A stretch of DNA of 64,000 nucleotides from an uncultured Acidobacteriota bacterium (GTDB lineage: Bacteria > Acidobacteriota > Vicinamibacteria > Vicinamibacterales > UBA2999). Under the pieces are notes generated by a model. That model saw only the letters and a program-made list of their open reading frames with translations. It made no database searches and had not been told where the DNA came from. Numbering within the stretch: the first letter of the stretch is position 1; each line of letters opens with the position of its first letter. This document shows, piece by piece, positions 51,659 through 61,171 of this stretch. Position numbers and translations under genes: made by a program. The stretch is taken from the NCBI GenBank assembly GCA_963818645.1, contig CAWFTF010000018.1:69499-133498 (forward strand), read 5' to 3'.

Positions 51659-51689
51659 TTGACTCTCCCCCTGGGGAAGGGCTGACACT
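51659..51689 (+). promoter_or_regulatory. Candidate MerR-type promoter with a 19-bp spacer and internal dyad
   Basis: TTGACT (51659-51664), then a 19-nt spacer containing the palindrome TCCCC-CT-GGGGA (51666-51677), then GACACT (51684-51689). The ATG of the MerR gene is 11 nt further downstream. Confidence 0.4.
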
Positions 51690-51700
51690 TCCATTCACAC

Positions 51701-52500
51701 ATGCCCACGTCGTATCGAGTGCACCAGTTCGCGGAATTGGCGGGCGTCACGGTGAAGGCGCTTCGACACTACGACGGCCTTGGACTCCTGAAGCCGATGC
51801 GCAGCGGAGCCGGCTATCGCCTGTATCGGGCCAGCGATCTCGCCCGGCTTCAGCAGATCGTCGCCCTCAAGTCGGTCGGCCTGCCGCTCAAACACATTCG
51901 AACAATGCTCGATCGCGATCCGCTTCCGCTCATTGCAACGTTCCGGCAGCAGCGGGAGGTACTCGAGGACCGGCGACGGATGCTGGACCGCGCGATTCAG
52001 GCCAATCCTTCAGGAGGTGATCAGGGTGATGGAGATGCAGGACGTCGACATGATGCGGAAGTACTACTCCGACGGGGTGTGGGAAGCCTGGAAACACCAT
52101 TACCTGGACTGGCCGCCTGACGAGTGGCGTGCGCTCTACAAGGACATCATCGCGGGGATCGGCTCCGACCCGAAGGGCCCCGTCGCCCAGGCGCACGTTG
52201 TTTCGCGATGGCGCCTCGATCCTGGATTCCGAGCCGACGAGCCCGGAAGCGCAGTCTCTGGTCGCGAGGTGGCGGGCACTCGTCGAGGCCGAAACGCTGG
52301 GCGACGAAGAGCTCAAGCGGGACGCGCTGGATGCGCTCTCACGCCGACGCGAGTGGCCGGATGGAATGAGACGATACATCGCGTCGCTGTATGAGCTGGA
52401 CGTTGACACGTGGCAACGAGTCACCGACTTCATCGAGCGCGCGGCTACAATCGGCGTGACGCATGCGGGAGGAGCCGACAGTCCACGGTCGCTGGCGTGA
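51701..52500 (+). pseudogene. MerR-family regulator with a TipAS-like C-terminal domain, split into three frames
   Basis: The HTH is YRVHQFAELAGVTVKALRHYDGLGLLKP..SGAGYRLY. The C-terminal parts (MMRKYYSDGVWEAWKHHY...; SPEAQSLVARWRALVEAE...) continue in two other frames. The breaks are at ~51995-52008 and ~52200-52230. Confidence 0.75.
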
Positions 52501-53905
52501 ATACGCGGTCGTCTCGCTCGCCTTCGCGGCGAGTCGTCTGGCCCTCCATTGGCTCGGTCTTCAGTTCAATTTCAGCCTCGACTGGATGTGGCTGAGCGAT
52601 CCTGCCGACCTGCAGGATCGGCTGCTCCAGACCATCTACTACTTCCACGCGTTTCCACCCGGGATGGACCTCTTCACCGGGATCCTGCTGAAAGTTGCGG
52701 GGACGCACGCCGCCCTTCTCGCGCAGATCACCTTCTGGCTCCTCGGGCTGGTTCTGATCAACTCGATCTTCTATCTCGCGCGCGCGTGCGAACTCTCTGC
52801 GCGTGTATCGTTCATCGTCGCGGTCGCGTTCTCACTGCTTCCGCAATCGATTTACTTCGAGCATCTCTACCTGTACGAGGAACCTACCGCGGCGCTGCTC
52901 TGTCTCTCAGTGGCGCTGTTCCATGCCGCCCTCACGCGTCAGTCCGTGCGCCTCTGGCTGGGGTTCTTTACGCTGTGCGCCGTCATTGGCGTCACGCGAA
53001 GCACGTTCCACCTGCTCTGGCTCGCGGTGATGCTCTGCCTCGGTCTCTGGTTCAGCACACCTCGCGATCGCCGACGCGTACTGGCCGCTGCGTGCGCGCC
53101 GGCAGCGCTAGTAGTCGCGCTCTACGTAAAGAACCTGATCGTCTTCGGCACGTTCAGCGCGTTCACGTACGGGCCGTCGAGCTACGCGCATGTGACCGTC
53201 TCGCACCTGCCCCCCGAGACGAAGGCCCAGTGGGTTCACGACCGCCGACTCTCACCGTTCGCGGCGCTGAGCCCGTACGCCGGGCCGCGCGAGTACTTGC
53301 AGGTGTATTCCGGCACACCTCCCACCAACTGGCCGTCGCAGCTCACGGACCTGGATCGTCCAACGGTGCACGCGCCGAACTTCAATCATTGGGTCATCCT
53401 GGAAGCCAATCGCGGGCGCAACGCGGACGCGTGGTACTACATGCGCACACAACCGTTCGAGTACGCGACCACTGCACTGCACGGATTGCGGGATTTCTTC
53501 ACGGCATCAACCGAATGGCATCCCTACACAGGGACGGAGCGCTCTCCGCACTACCAGCATCGCCAGGTGCTCGGTCGGTACGAGTCGATCGTCAATCGCC
53601 TCGTCCACGGCTTCCCCGTCGCGCCCGTCGGGTTGTATGCGTTCCTGCCGCTCGTGATGATCTGGACCGCCCGCCGGGCGTGGCGCCTCCTGCGATCGAG
53701 CGACGCGACTGCGAAGGCTCAGGGAGCGTTGCTCGGGCTCTGCCTGCTGAACATCGCCTACGTCGTCGGCATCAGCAGCGCGTTCACGTTCCTCGAGGAG
53801 TCACGTTACCGCTACCAGGTCGAATCGCTGATCTGGGTGACAACAGCACTGTGTGTGACTGACGTCCTGGCACGTGTTGCGATCACGCGACGACGTCTTT
53901 CCTGA
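52463..53905 (+). CDS. Hypothetical polytopic membrane protein (possibly an ArnT/PMT-like glycosyltransferase fold)
   Basis: 480-aa ORF with about 9 hydrophobic segments and a soluble loop. The family assignment is not secure. Confidence 0.5.
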   Translation: MREEPTVHGRWREYAVVSLAFAASRLALHWLGLQFNFSLDWMWLSDPADLQDRLLQTIYYFHAFPPGMDLFTGILLKVAGTHAALLAQITFWLLGLVLINSIFYLARACELSARVSFIVAVAFSLLPQSIYFEHLYLYEEPTAALLCLSVALFHAALTRQSVRLWLGFFTLCAVIGVTRSTFHLLWLAVMLCLGLWFSTPRDRRRVLAAACAPAALVVALYVKNLIVFGTFSAFTYGPSSYAHVTVSHLPPETKAQWVHDRRLSPFAALSPYAGPREYLQVYSGTPPTNWPSQLTDLDRPTVHAPNFNHWVILEANRGRNADAWYYMRTQPFEYATTALHGLRDFFTASTEWHPYTGTERSPHYQHRQVLGRYESIVNRLVHGFPVAPVGLYAFLPLVMIWTARRAWRLLRSSDATAKAQGALLGLCLLNIAYVVGISSAFTFLEESRYRYQVESLIWVTTALCVTDVLARVAITRRRLS

Positions 53906-54065
53906 GTTCGATAGGACCGCCCCAATCGTCCCGAACGCTGCGTGGGACACTTACGGGCGCCCAGGTGCAGTGGAACCACCAGCCGACATCACTCGATCTG
54001 ACGTGTCGGGTGGCATGGTCCTGCGGTTCTGAGCGACAATCCGGACAACGAAAGCGAGTCTCAAC

Positions 54066-54932
54066 GTGTCGATACCCGCAGACACCGTTCCACCTTTTAT
54101 CGAGTCGGTCGTTCACCCTACGGACTTCTCGCCTGCCAGCGAGCGCGCATTCGCGCATGCGCTCGCGGTAGCGGTACTGCGTCGCGCGCGGCTCGTCATC
54201 CTGCACGTAGACGCTGATGATCGCCCTGACTGGAGCGAGTTTCCGGCCGTGCGCACAATCCTCGAACGCTGGGGTCTGCTCGAGCCCGGCAGCTCGCGCG
54301 GGGCGGTCTTCGAGCAACTCGGCGTGAAGGTTACCAAGCGCACGGTCTCAGGCCGGTTTCCCGCGCTGGCCGTCGTCGATTACCTCGACGGGGCTCCGGC
54401 CGATCTGCTGGTCGTGGCGACCGAGGGACGCGACGGCGCCGCGCGATGGTTGCACGGTTCCGTGGCCGAGGCGATGGCGAGGCGTTCGAGGACGATGACC
54501 CTGTTCGTGCCCGCCCACGCCGAGAGGAGCTTCGTCTCGCCGGCCGACGGCACACTCACGCTCAGCAACGTGCTGGTTCCGGTCGATCACGCGCCCGACG
54601 CGAGTGCGGCCGTCGAGTTTGCGAAGCGTGCGGCCGAAATCGCCGGCGACGGCAAGACGACAATCTCGCTGCTTCACGTGGGAGCCGAGATCGTCATGCC
54701 GCGCGTGCAAGCGGAGGACGGGGAACGGTGGACTTTCGCGCGGCTGCGCCGCGATGGCGAGCCCGTCACGGAAATCCTCGCGGCTGCGGAACTGGTTGGG
54801 GCCAATCTCATCGTGATGCCGACCGCCGGCCGCGCGGGCGTGTTCGAGGTGCTGCGCGGCAGCACGACCGAGCGGGTTTTGCGTAAGGCTCGCTGCCCGC
54901 TGCTCGCGGTGCCGGCCTCGAGCGGGACGTGA
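54066..54932 (+). CDS. Tandem universal stress protein (two UspA domains)
   Basis: Two repeats end in G..GS..E.V.R...CPLL.VP-like motifs (LHGSVAEAMARRSRTMTLFVP; VLRGSTTERVLRKARCPLLAVP). GTG start. Confidence 0.8.
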   Translation: MSIPADTVPPFIESVVHPTDFSPASERAFAHALAVAVLRRARLVILHVDADDRPDWSEFPAVRTILERWGLLEPGSSRGAVFEQLGVKVTKRTVSGRFPALAVVDYLDGAPADLLVVATEGRDGAARWLHGSVAEAMARRSRTMTLFVPAHAERSFVSPADGTLTLSNVLVPVDHAPDASAAVEFAKRAAEIAGDGKTTISLLHVGAEIVMPRVQAEDGERWTFARLRRDGEPVTEILAAAELVGANLIVMPTAGRAGVFEVLRGSTTERVLRKARCPLLAVPASSGT

Positions 54933-54960
54933 GCCTCGCGATCGGTCTTCGAATAGAAAT

Positions 54961-56652
54961 TCACACCTCAAAGAAGTCTTCTTCGAAGAATTCGTACACG
55001 CTGCGCTCGCCCGTGGCGCGTCGAGCGGCCTCGGCCTGCCGCAGCTCAATCCGTCGGATCTTTCCTGAGATCGTTTTCGGCAACGGCGCAAACTCGATCC
55101 GGCGAATCCGTTTGTACGGAGCGAGCGTGTTGCGGCAATGCGCCAGAATCGCCGCTGCGAGCTCGCGCGAGGGGCTGAAGCCTGCGGCCAGTGTCACGAA
55201 TGCTTTCGGCACGGCCTGCCGTCGCGGATCCGGGCTCGGTACGACGGCGGCCTCCGCCACCGCTGGATGTTCAATCAACGCGCTCTCGAGCTCGAACGGG
55301 CTCAGCCTGTAATCCGACGCTTTGAAGACGTCGTCTGCACGACCGACAAACGTGAAGTAGCCGTCGCTGTCGCGCGACGCAATGTCGCCTGTGTGGTAGT
55401 AGCCGCCTCGCATCGCATTCGACGTCCTCGAGTCGGCATAGCCGTCGGTCAGGCCGAGCGGCGGCTCATCGAGGCGCAGACAGACCTCGCCCTCAGTTGC
55501 CGACACGCGTCCTTCAGGATCGAGCAGCACAACGTCGTAGCCGGGAAGCGGCCGCCCCATCGAGCCAGCCTTCACGGCCTGGCCCGGCGAGTTGCCGATC
55601 TGCGCTGTGGTCTCGGTTTGGCCATAGCCGTCCCGGATGGTCAGTCCCCACGCGTGCTCTACCCGTTCAATGACTTCCGGATTGAGCGGCTCGCCGGCCG
55701 ACAGCGCTTCGCGCAATACGACGCGGTAGTCCCCCAACGGCTCCTGGATCAGCATTCGCCAGACCGTCGGCGGCGCGCACAAGGTCGTCACGCGATGCTG
55801 GACGAGCGCATCGAGCACGGCCTTCGCGTGGAAGCGCGCGTAATTGAAGATGAAGACGGTCGCTTCGGCGTTCCACGGCGCAAAGACGCAGCTCCACGCA
55901 TGTTTGGCCCATCCTGGTGAGCTGATGTTCCAGTGACGATCGCCGCGTTGCAGACCGATCCAGTACATCGTCGAGAGGTGGCCCACGGGGTAGCTTTGAT
56001 GCGTGTGCACCACCAGCTTCGGATGTGCCGTCGTTCCCGACGTGAAGTACATCAGCATCGGATCTCGGGCGGCTGTCGCCCCCCTCGGGGTGAATACCAG
56101 GTCGGCGTCACGTGCCGACTCGTAGCGGTGCCATCCAGAAGTAACGTCGCCGACGGCAATCTTCGTAAAGGAGCCGGTCACGCCGTCGAACTTCGACATG
56201 TGGGCCGCGCTCGCGACCACGTGACGAACACGTCCGCGGTCGATGCGGTCCTGAATGTCAGCGGTTGTGAGCAAAGTCGTTGCAGGTGTCACGACAACGC
56301 CAAGCTTGATCGCGGCGAGCAGCGTTTCCCAGAGCGCCACTTCGTTGCCGAGCATCAGCATCAGGCAGTCACCCCGTCGTGCGCCGAGGTCGTACAGGAA
56401 GTTTGCGACTCGATTCGATGCCGCCGACAGCTCCGCGAAGGAGCGAATCGTCTCTGTTCCGTCCTCTTCGACGAGGTGCAGAGCGTGACTATCGTTGCCG
56501 GTGGCGACTACATCGAAGTAGTCGAGCGCCCAGTTGAAGCGCTCCTGGCGCGGCCATCTGAATTCCCGGACTGCCGCATCGTAATCGGTCCGGTGTTTCA
56601 GAATGCAAGCGCGGCTGGCGAGAAACGCGGCAGCGGCGCCGGTGTCATTCAT
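54961..56652 (-). CDS. AMP-forming acyl-CoA synthetase (medium-chain/acetyl-CoA synthetase-like)
   Basis: Contains YFTSGTTAHPK, YGQTE, GYYHTGD and LPKTISGKIRR. Start set to ATG 56652. Confidence 0.88.
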   Translation of the reverse strand: MNDTGAAAAFLASRACILKHRTDYDAAVREFRWPRQERFNWALDYFDVVATGNDSHALHLVEEDGTETIRSFAELSAASNRVANFLYDLGARRGDCLMLMLGNEVALWETLLAAIKLGVVVTPATTLLTTADIQDRIDRGRVRHVVASAAHMSKFDGVTGSFTKIAVGDVTSGWHRYESARDADLVFTPRGATAARDPMLMYFTSGTTAHPKLVVHTHQSYPVGHLSTMYWIGLQRGDRHWNISSPGWAKHAWSCVFAPWNAEATVFIFNYARFHAKAVLDALVQHRVTTLCAPPTVWRMLIQEPLGDYRVVLREALSAGEPLNPEVIERVEHAWGLTIRDGYGQTETTAQIGNSPGQAVKAGSMGRPLPGYDVVLLDPEGRVSATEGEVCLRLDEPPLGLTDGYADSRTSNAMRGGYYHTGDIASRDSDGYFTFVGRADDVFKASDYRLSPFELESALIEHPAVAEAAVVPSPDPRRQAVPKAFVTLAAGFSPSRELAAAILAHCRNTLAPYKRIRRIEFAPLPKTISGKIRRIELRQAEAARRATGERSVYEFFEEDFFEV

Positions 56653-56753
56653 CGTAAGTCTCGCGGTCCTTCGAATGCTGGTCGTGCGACCGCCCCGACG
56701 TGACGGGCTCGCTCCAGCGCGAGCTAATCGAACAAACACAACAAAGGCGCCGC

Positions 56754-58046
56754 CTATTCGATTCCAGCAATACGTGGCAGGTAGAGGCGGACTCGCGTGC
56801 CCATTCCCGGGTAGCTGTCGACCTGAATGAACCCCCCGGCCATCGTAATGATCTGGTTGACGATCGACATGCCGAGCCCTCGTCCCTGGGTTCCTTTCGT
56901 GCTGAAAAACGTCTCGAACATGCGCTCGCGGGTTTCCGTGTCCATGCCGACGCCGGTGTCGCTCACTTCGAGCACGACGAAGGTACTCTCGCGGTTAGGG
57001 TGTTGGCCCACGGTCTCTTCCCGGAGCTCGACGGTCACGACCCCGCCGCCCGGCATCGCGTCGCGGGCGTTGACAACAAGATTCACGACCGCCCGTTCGA
57101 GCTGAATAGGATCGATAAGGACGCGGCTGACCTCCTTGGGAATGCGGGTCTCAAAACGTACTCGAGATCCTGCAGCACCTCGGAGCAGTGGTACCGACGC
57201 GTTGAGGACGTCAGCCGGGCTGATCACGCGCGGGCGCTGCACGTTCACACGCCCGAGCGTCATTAGATTGTGGGTCAGCTCCCGGCCGCGATCGATGATG
57301 CTGGCGAGCTCGGCCGCCAGCCGCTTGACGGTCGGGGTATCTCCGGCGGCGTCAGCGAACAAGTCGACGTACAAGAACATCGCATTCAGCACATTGTTGA
57401 AATCGTGCGCGACGCCGGCGGCAAGGCGACCCATCTCCCCCAACTGCTGCAGTTCAGCCACGTGCGCCTGGTGCGCCTCGAGCGCGCTCTCGGCGCGCAG
57501 CCGCTCGGCCTCAGCGTACAGACGAGCGACGATGTCGCCGACCGATGCCGCAAACTCGCATTCGGGATCGGTCCACTCCCGTGCGCTCCCGACGTGCTCG
57601 TGGCAGACGATGCCGATGATGTCGCCACCTTGAAGAATCGGTGCGTCGAGCATCGCCGTGATGCCAAGTGGCGCCAGGTACGACGCACGGAATTCCTCCG
57701 ACATCGGATCGCCATCGCGGTCGACGAATCGAACGACGCGCGAGCTCTCCAGCACGCTGAAGTAAACCGGAAAATCGCAGGCGTGCAGGATGGCGCCGTC
57801 GGAGATGGCCCCACGGTCGGGTTGGTGTAGATAGTCGCAGCGTATCGAGCGGGGTTCATTGAGGAAGAACCAGACACTGACGCGCTTCACCTGTAGCGCG
57901 GTTGCGGTGACCTCGGTGACGACTTTGAGAACATCGCGAAGCGGTCGCGCATCGGTCACTCGCTCTCGTGCGAGGCGGAGCGTGACCGCCTTGTAGGCCT
58001 GCCGAGGATCGGATTCACCCGGGACGGACAGGGTGGAATCGCTCAT
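56754..58046 (-). CDS. Cytoplasmic GAF-domain sensor histidine kinase (orphan)
   Basis: N-terminal GAF-like domain, H-box [14 protein letters not shown], and ATPase boxes NLVVNARDAM, DTGVGM and GRGLGMS. No TM segments. Confidence 0.88.
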   Translation of the reverse strand: MSDSTLSVPGESDPRQAYKAVTLRLARERVTDARPLRDVLKVVTEVTATALQVKRVSVWFFLNEPRSIRCDYLHQPDRGAISDGAILHACDFPVYFSVLESSRVVRFVDRDGDPMSEEFRASYLAPLGITAMLDAPILQGGDIIGIVCHEHVGSAREWTDPECEFAASVGDIVARLYAEAERLRAESALEAHQAHVAELQQLGEMGRLAAGVAHDFNNVLNAMFLYVDLFADAAGDTPTVKRLAAELASIIDRGRELTHNLMTLGRVNVQRPRVISPADVLNASVPLLRGAAGSRVRFETRIPKEVSRVLIDPIQLERAVVNLVVNARDAMPGGGVVTVELREETVGQHPNRESTFVVLEVSDTGVGMDTETRERMFETFFSTKGTQGRGLGMSIVNQIITMAGGFIQVDSYPGMGTRVRLYLPRIAGIE

Positions 58047-58139
58047 GGTGCAACCATGCAGTTCGGACTGTCGAACCAGCGGTGACGCGTTTTCGACGCG
58101 CGACTAGTGTAGTCCTCTGAACCCCGGAGAACCGCTTGC

Positions 58140-58496
58140 TCAGGCGCCGCCTTTTTTCGAGGTTTGTCGCTTCGTCTTTCTGGCTATCCGGCGTGTGACG
58201 CCAGATTGGTGAGGCGCACGGTCCAACACGACGAAGTCAGCAACCTCCCAGGTAAAAGGCGGCTTCTGGCGTCGGTCAGTCTTTCGTTGGTCGGTGCCTT
58301 CAACCGGTTGAGGGGACACTCGCCGGTCTCCTTGTCGCCGGTCCCATGAGACGACAACGGGAAGCCCCGCGGTCTTTCGAGTGAGCGCGTCGAAACGTCG
58401 CTGCGCTCTACGGCGAACGATGATACCGACAGGCTTTCGCGACGACGACTTGAGAGAGCGCCGTTTCTCTTCGGTCTTCGTGTGTTTGCGAGGCAC
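58140..58496 (-). CDS. Hypothetical highly basic 118-aa protein with DRR repeats
   Basis: GTG start with no clear Shine-Dalgarno. Contains WDRRQGDRRVS...KTDRRQKPPFTWEVADFVVLDR and a Lys/Arg-rich tail. Coding status is uncertain. Confidence 0.35.
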   Translation of the reverse strand: MPRKHTKTEEKRRSLKSSSRKPVGIIVRRRAQRRFDALTRKTAGLPVVVSWDRRQGDRRVSPQPVEGTDQRKTDRRQKPPFTWEVADFVVLDRAPHQSGVTRRIARKTKRQTSKKGGA

Positions 58497-58826
58497 AACC
58501 GACTTATCGGCAGCGATCGTCTACTACTTTGCCGCCCGCCGCATCGGGGATCCGCTACCAAGGTCATGAAGGTCAGCAAACCGAAGCGACCGGTTCGCGA
58601 GGGGGAAAGGCACCACCCAAAACCCCAGCGCACCGACCACTCCGGCTCAAGGGGAGTCTCTCACGGATTTTGTTCTAGTGCTGTGAAGGTGTTTCGCGAA
58701 TCGTGAACGGGAGCAGTCGCGGCGATGTTTGGCACAATTCGCAGTCCGCCGCGCCGTAAAATGTGTGCAACTAAATCTATGATAAACGGAGCGCCAAAAC
58801 AGGAAAGCTCGATAATTGAGAAAGCA

Positions 58827-59453
58827 ATGACGACGATACGACTGACGATGATGGTTTTGATGCTCGCCACGCTCGCACAACCGGCCGCCGCGATGCCGGT
58901 CACGTTCGCGTGGGAGGCTGGCGCGCTGGCGGGCTGGTACACGTTTGAGAGTGAGACCGTGGGCGTGCGCACCATTGAGTTCGATGAGTACTCCGGCCTC
59001 GACGTGGAGGGCGAGCTGCGCTACGTCAATGCGATCACGGCGTTCCAGATGAACTTCGTGGCGGCCGGCGAGCGGCTCTCGCTGTCCGGCACCAGTGGCG
59101 ATCTCGCGCTCGCGCTCTACCGAGGGCCGTGGGGCGAGACGTGGTACAGCGCCCGCATGGCGACGCCGAATTACTCGCTGTGGCTCACCCTGTTCAACGC
59201 CTCCGGCGAGCCGTTCATCGCCAGTGAGGATCTGCGCGACGCGACGGTGCCCGACCTCAACGACGAGATTCGTCCGGGCACGGACCGGTGGCTGACGCTC
59301 ACGCACCGGCGGTCGCAGGCCACACTCGCCGAGAGCGCGGTCACGCGCATGTGGCGCGTGACACCAACGGCGGTCCCGGAGCCAACGTCGCTGGTGCTAT
59401 TCGGCACGGGGTTCGGGGCGCTGGCGCTCGCCCGCCGGCGTTTCCGCGCGTAA
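58827..59453 (+). CDS. PEP-CTERM sorting-domain protein
   Basis: Signal peptide, and a C-terminal VPEPTSLVLFGTGFGALALARRRFRA (PEP motif, TM segment, Arg cluster). ATG 58827. Confidence 0.85.
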   Translation: MTTIRLTMMVLMLATLAQPAAAMPVTFAWEAGALAGWYTFESETVGVRTIEFDEYSGLDVEGELRYVNAITAFQMNFVAAGERLSLSGTSGDLALALYRGPWGETWYSARMATPNYSLWLTLFNASGEPFIASEDLRDATVPDLNDEIRPGTDRWLTLTHRRSQATLAESAVTRMWRVTPTAVPEPTSLVLFGTGFGALALARRRFRA

Positions 59454-59557
59454 AAGGCGAACGAAGGCTGCGTGACCGCTAGCCAGTCGCCAAAATGCGG
59501 CCTCTCGACTCCTTCTTTTGGACACGCCAAATCCCGTAACTTTCTTCATCTAATTAG

Positions 59558-59643
59558 TGCCGGGGGCGGGAATCGAACCCGCACGCCCCTTTCGGAGCCC
59601 AGGATTTTAAGTCCTGTGCGTCTGCCAGTTTCGCCACCCCGGC
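59558..59643 (-). tRNA. tRNA-Leu (anticodon UAA)
   Basis: I folded it manually. Acceptor stem GCCGGGG/CCCCGGC, D arm GCG..CGC, anticodon stem CAGGA/TCCTG with loop CTTAAAA, a 17-nt variable arm, and T arm GCGGG-TTCGATT-CCCGC. 86 nt. CCA is not encoded. Confidence 0.9.
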
Positions 59644-59722
59644 GCGATCGAGTTGCGTGCCTCTAGTGTACTGGTGTGTGCGAGCAACCAGCCGCTTATA
59701 CGAACACTCACCCCGCAGGAAT

Positions 59723-61171
59723 TCACGCTCTAACAAAATCGATGAAGCCGCGCGCGACGTCGGTCTGCACCAGCCGCACCCGTGCGCGCTCACCGACATC
59801 CATCCCTTCGAAGCCGCGCACCACCCGACCCTCCGCCGGCGGATCGAACGTTCGCACCCACGTGCCCTTCTCCGACGCGCCGGTGACAATGGCATCGAAA
59901 CGGTCGCCGATGCGCGATGAGAGCAGCAGCGCCGCGGCGGACTTCCGCATCTGCCGCTCGACCTTCTCTGCCGCGTCCTCCTGCTTCGTGCAGTGCGTGG
60001 CCAGCGTCGCGAGCTCACCAGTCGTATAAGGTGACGCCCCGCCATTCATTGCGGCCTTCAGCAGACGCTGCGTGATGAGGTCGGGATAGCGACGATTGGG
60101 CGCCGTGGAATGCACATAGTCGGTCACCGCCAGACCAAAATGTCCTTCATCGTCTCCGGCACGCGTCAGCACGTACTCGCCGCGACCGAGAAGCTTGACG
60201 ACGGACAGCGACAGATCCGGGAACCGCAGCGGATCGGCCTGGCGACGACGGGACAGGAAGTCGCTGAGCGCCTTCGGATCGGGCACCGCCGGAAGCTGGT
60301 CGCCCACCTCCTTCGCGAGTACCTGCAAGCGGTCCCAACGCTTCGGCGTGCGCACCACCCTGCGTATCGACGGCAGCCCCTTGTCTTCCAGGTAACGAGC
60401 GGTGGCGCCGTTGGCCGCGATCATGAAATCCTCGATCAGCGCCTTTGCGCGATTCTTTTCGTCGCGATGGAGCTCAGACACGCGACCGTCCGTCACGACC
60501 GCGCGCGCCTCGGTGCTCTCGAGGTCGAGCGCTCCTGCCTCGTGCCTGCGCGCACGCAAGCGGCTCGCGATCTCGTCCTGCAGGCGAACCTGGTCCGCGA
60601 TGCCATCGGCCTCGGCCATCTCCTTCGGCATGCCGCCGCCGGAATCGAGCCACGCGGCCACGCTGTTGTAGGCAAGCTTGGCACGGTTGCGAACAGCCGC
60701 GCGCCCAACCCCGCCCGACGTCACGGCCCCGTCGCGATCCACGACGAACGAGATGACGATGGCAATGCGGTCCTCGTCCGGATTCAGCGAGGTCAAGTCG
60801 GTGGACAGCCGCTCCGGCAGCATCGGGAAGATTCGCGCGGGCGTGTAGACCGATGTCGTGTTCTGCTGAGCGTGATCGTCGAGCGGTGAACCCTTGCCGA
60901 CGAGCACGTCAACGTCCGCGATCGCAATGAACACTCTGGCGCTGCCATCGGGAGTGGCCTCGGCCACAGTCAACTGATCGAGATCGCGCGAATCGTCGTT
61001 GTCGATCGAACACCAGGCCAGGTGACGTTGGTCGGTGACTGCGTCGACGGCTGGTTCTTTGAGTTGCCTGGCTTGTGCGATCGCATCCGCCGGGAAATCG
61101 GGTTCGAGTCCACGCTCGATCATCACGCGTCGGGCGAGTTGTTCCAGATCGACGAAAGTCATCCATTCCAC
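59723..61171 (-). CDS. RNB-domain exoribonuclease (RNase II family) with a C-terminal S1-like domain
   Basis: Contains IDNDDSRDLDQ, HFGLAVTDYVHSTAPNRRYPDLITQR and the C-terminal DAIVTGASEKGTWVR. 482 aa. Confidence 0.85.
   Translation of the reverse strand: MEWMTFVDLEQLARRVMIERGLEPDFPADAIAQARQLKEPAVDAVTDQRHLAWCSIDNDDSRDLDQLTVAEATPDGSARVFIAIADVDVLVGKGSPLDDHAQQNTTSVYTPARIFPMLPERLSTDLTSLNPDEDRIAIVISFVVDRDGAVTSGGVGRAAVRNRAKLAYNSVAAWLDSGGGMPKEMAEADGIADQVRLQDEIASRLRARRHEAGALDLESTEARAVVTDGRVSELHRDEKNRAKALIEDFMIAANGATARYLEDKGLPSIRRVVRTPKRWDRLQVLAKEVGDQLPAVPDPKALSDFLSRRRQADPLRFPDLSLSVVKLLGRGEYVLTRAGDDEGHFGLAVTDYVHSTAPNRRYPDLITQRLLKAAMNGGASPYTTGELATLATHCTKQEDAAEKVERQMRKSAAALLLSSRIGDRFDAIVTGASEKGTWVRTFDPPAEGRVVRGFEGMDVGERARVRLVQTDVARGFIDFVRA

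Noticed and set aside
54011-54024. TGGCAT-ggtcc-TGC upstream of the usp gene as a sigma-54 promoter
   Set aside because: The GG-to-GC spacing is 9 nt and the -12 element is poor. This is a likely chance match in GC-rich DNA.
58730-58744. TGGCAC-aattc-GCAG upstream of the PEP-CTERM gene as a sigma-54 promoter
   Set aside because: The -24 hexamer is perfect, but the GC dinucleotide is only 8 nt (not 10) from GG and there is no TTGC. This is not a functional spacing unless the consensus has a 2-nt deletion here, which I cannot show.
58047-59722. tRNA-Leu locus as the integration site of a genomic island
   Set aside because: There is no integrase, no direct repeat of the tRNA 3' end, and no phage or mobile genes on either side. 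The lower-GC stretch is short and contains only a PEP-CTERM gene and a doubtful small ORF.
59554-60045. 163-aa minus-strand ORF covering the tRNA-Leu gene
   Set aside because: It overlaps a well-folding tRNA and the 3' end of the RNB gene, and its composition is implausibly Arg-rich.
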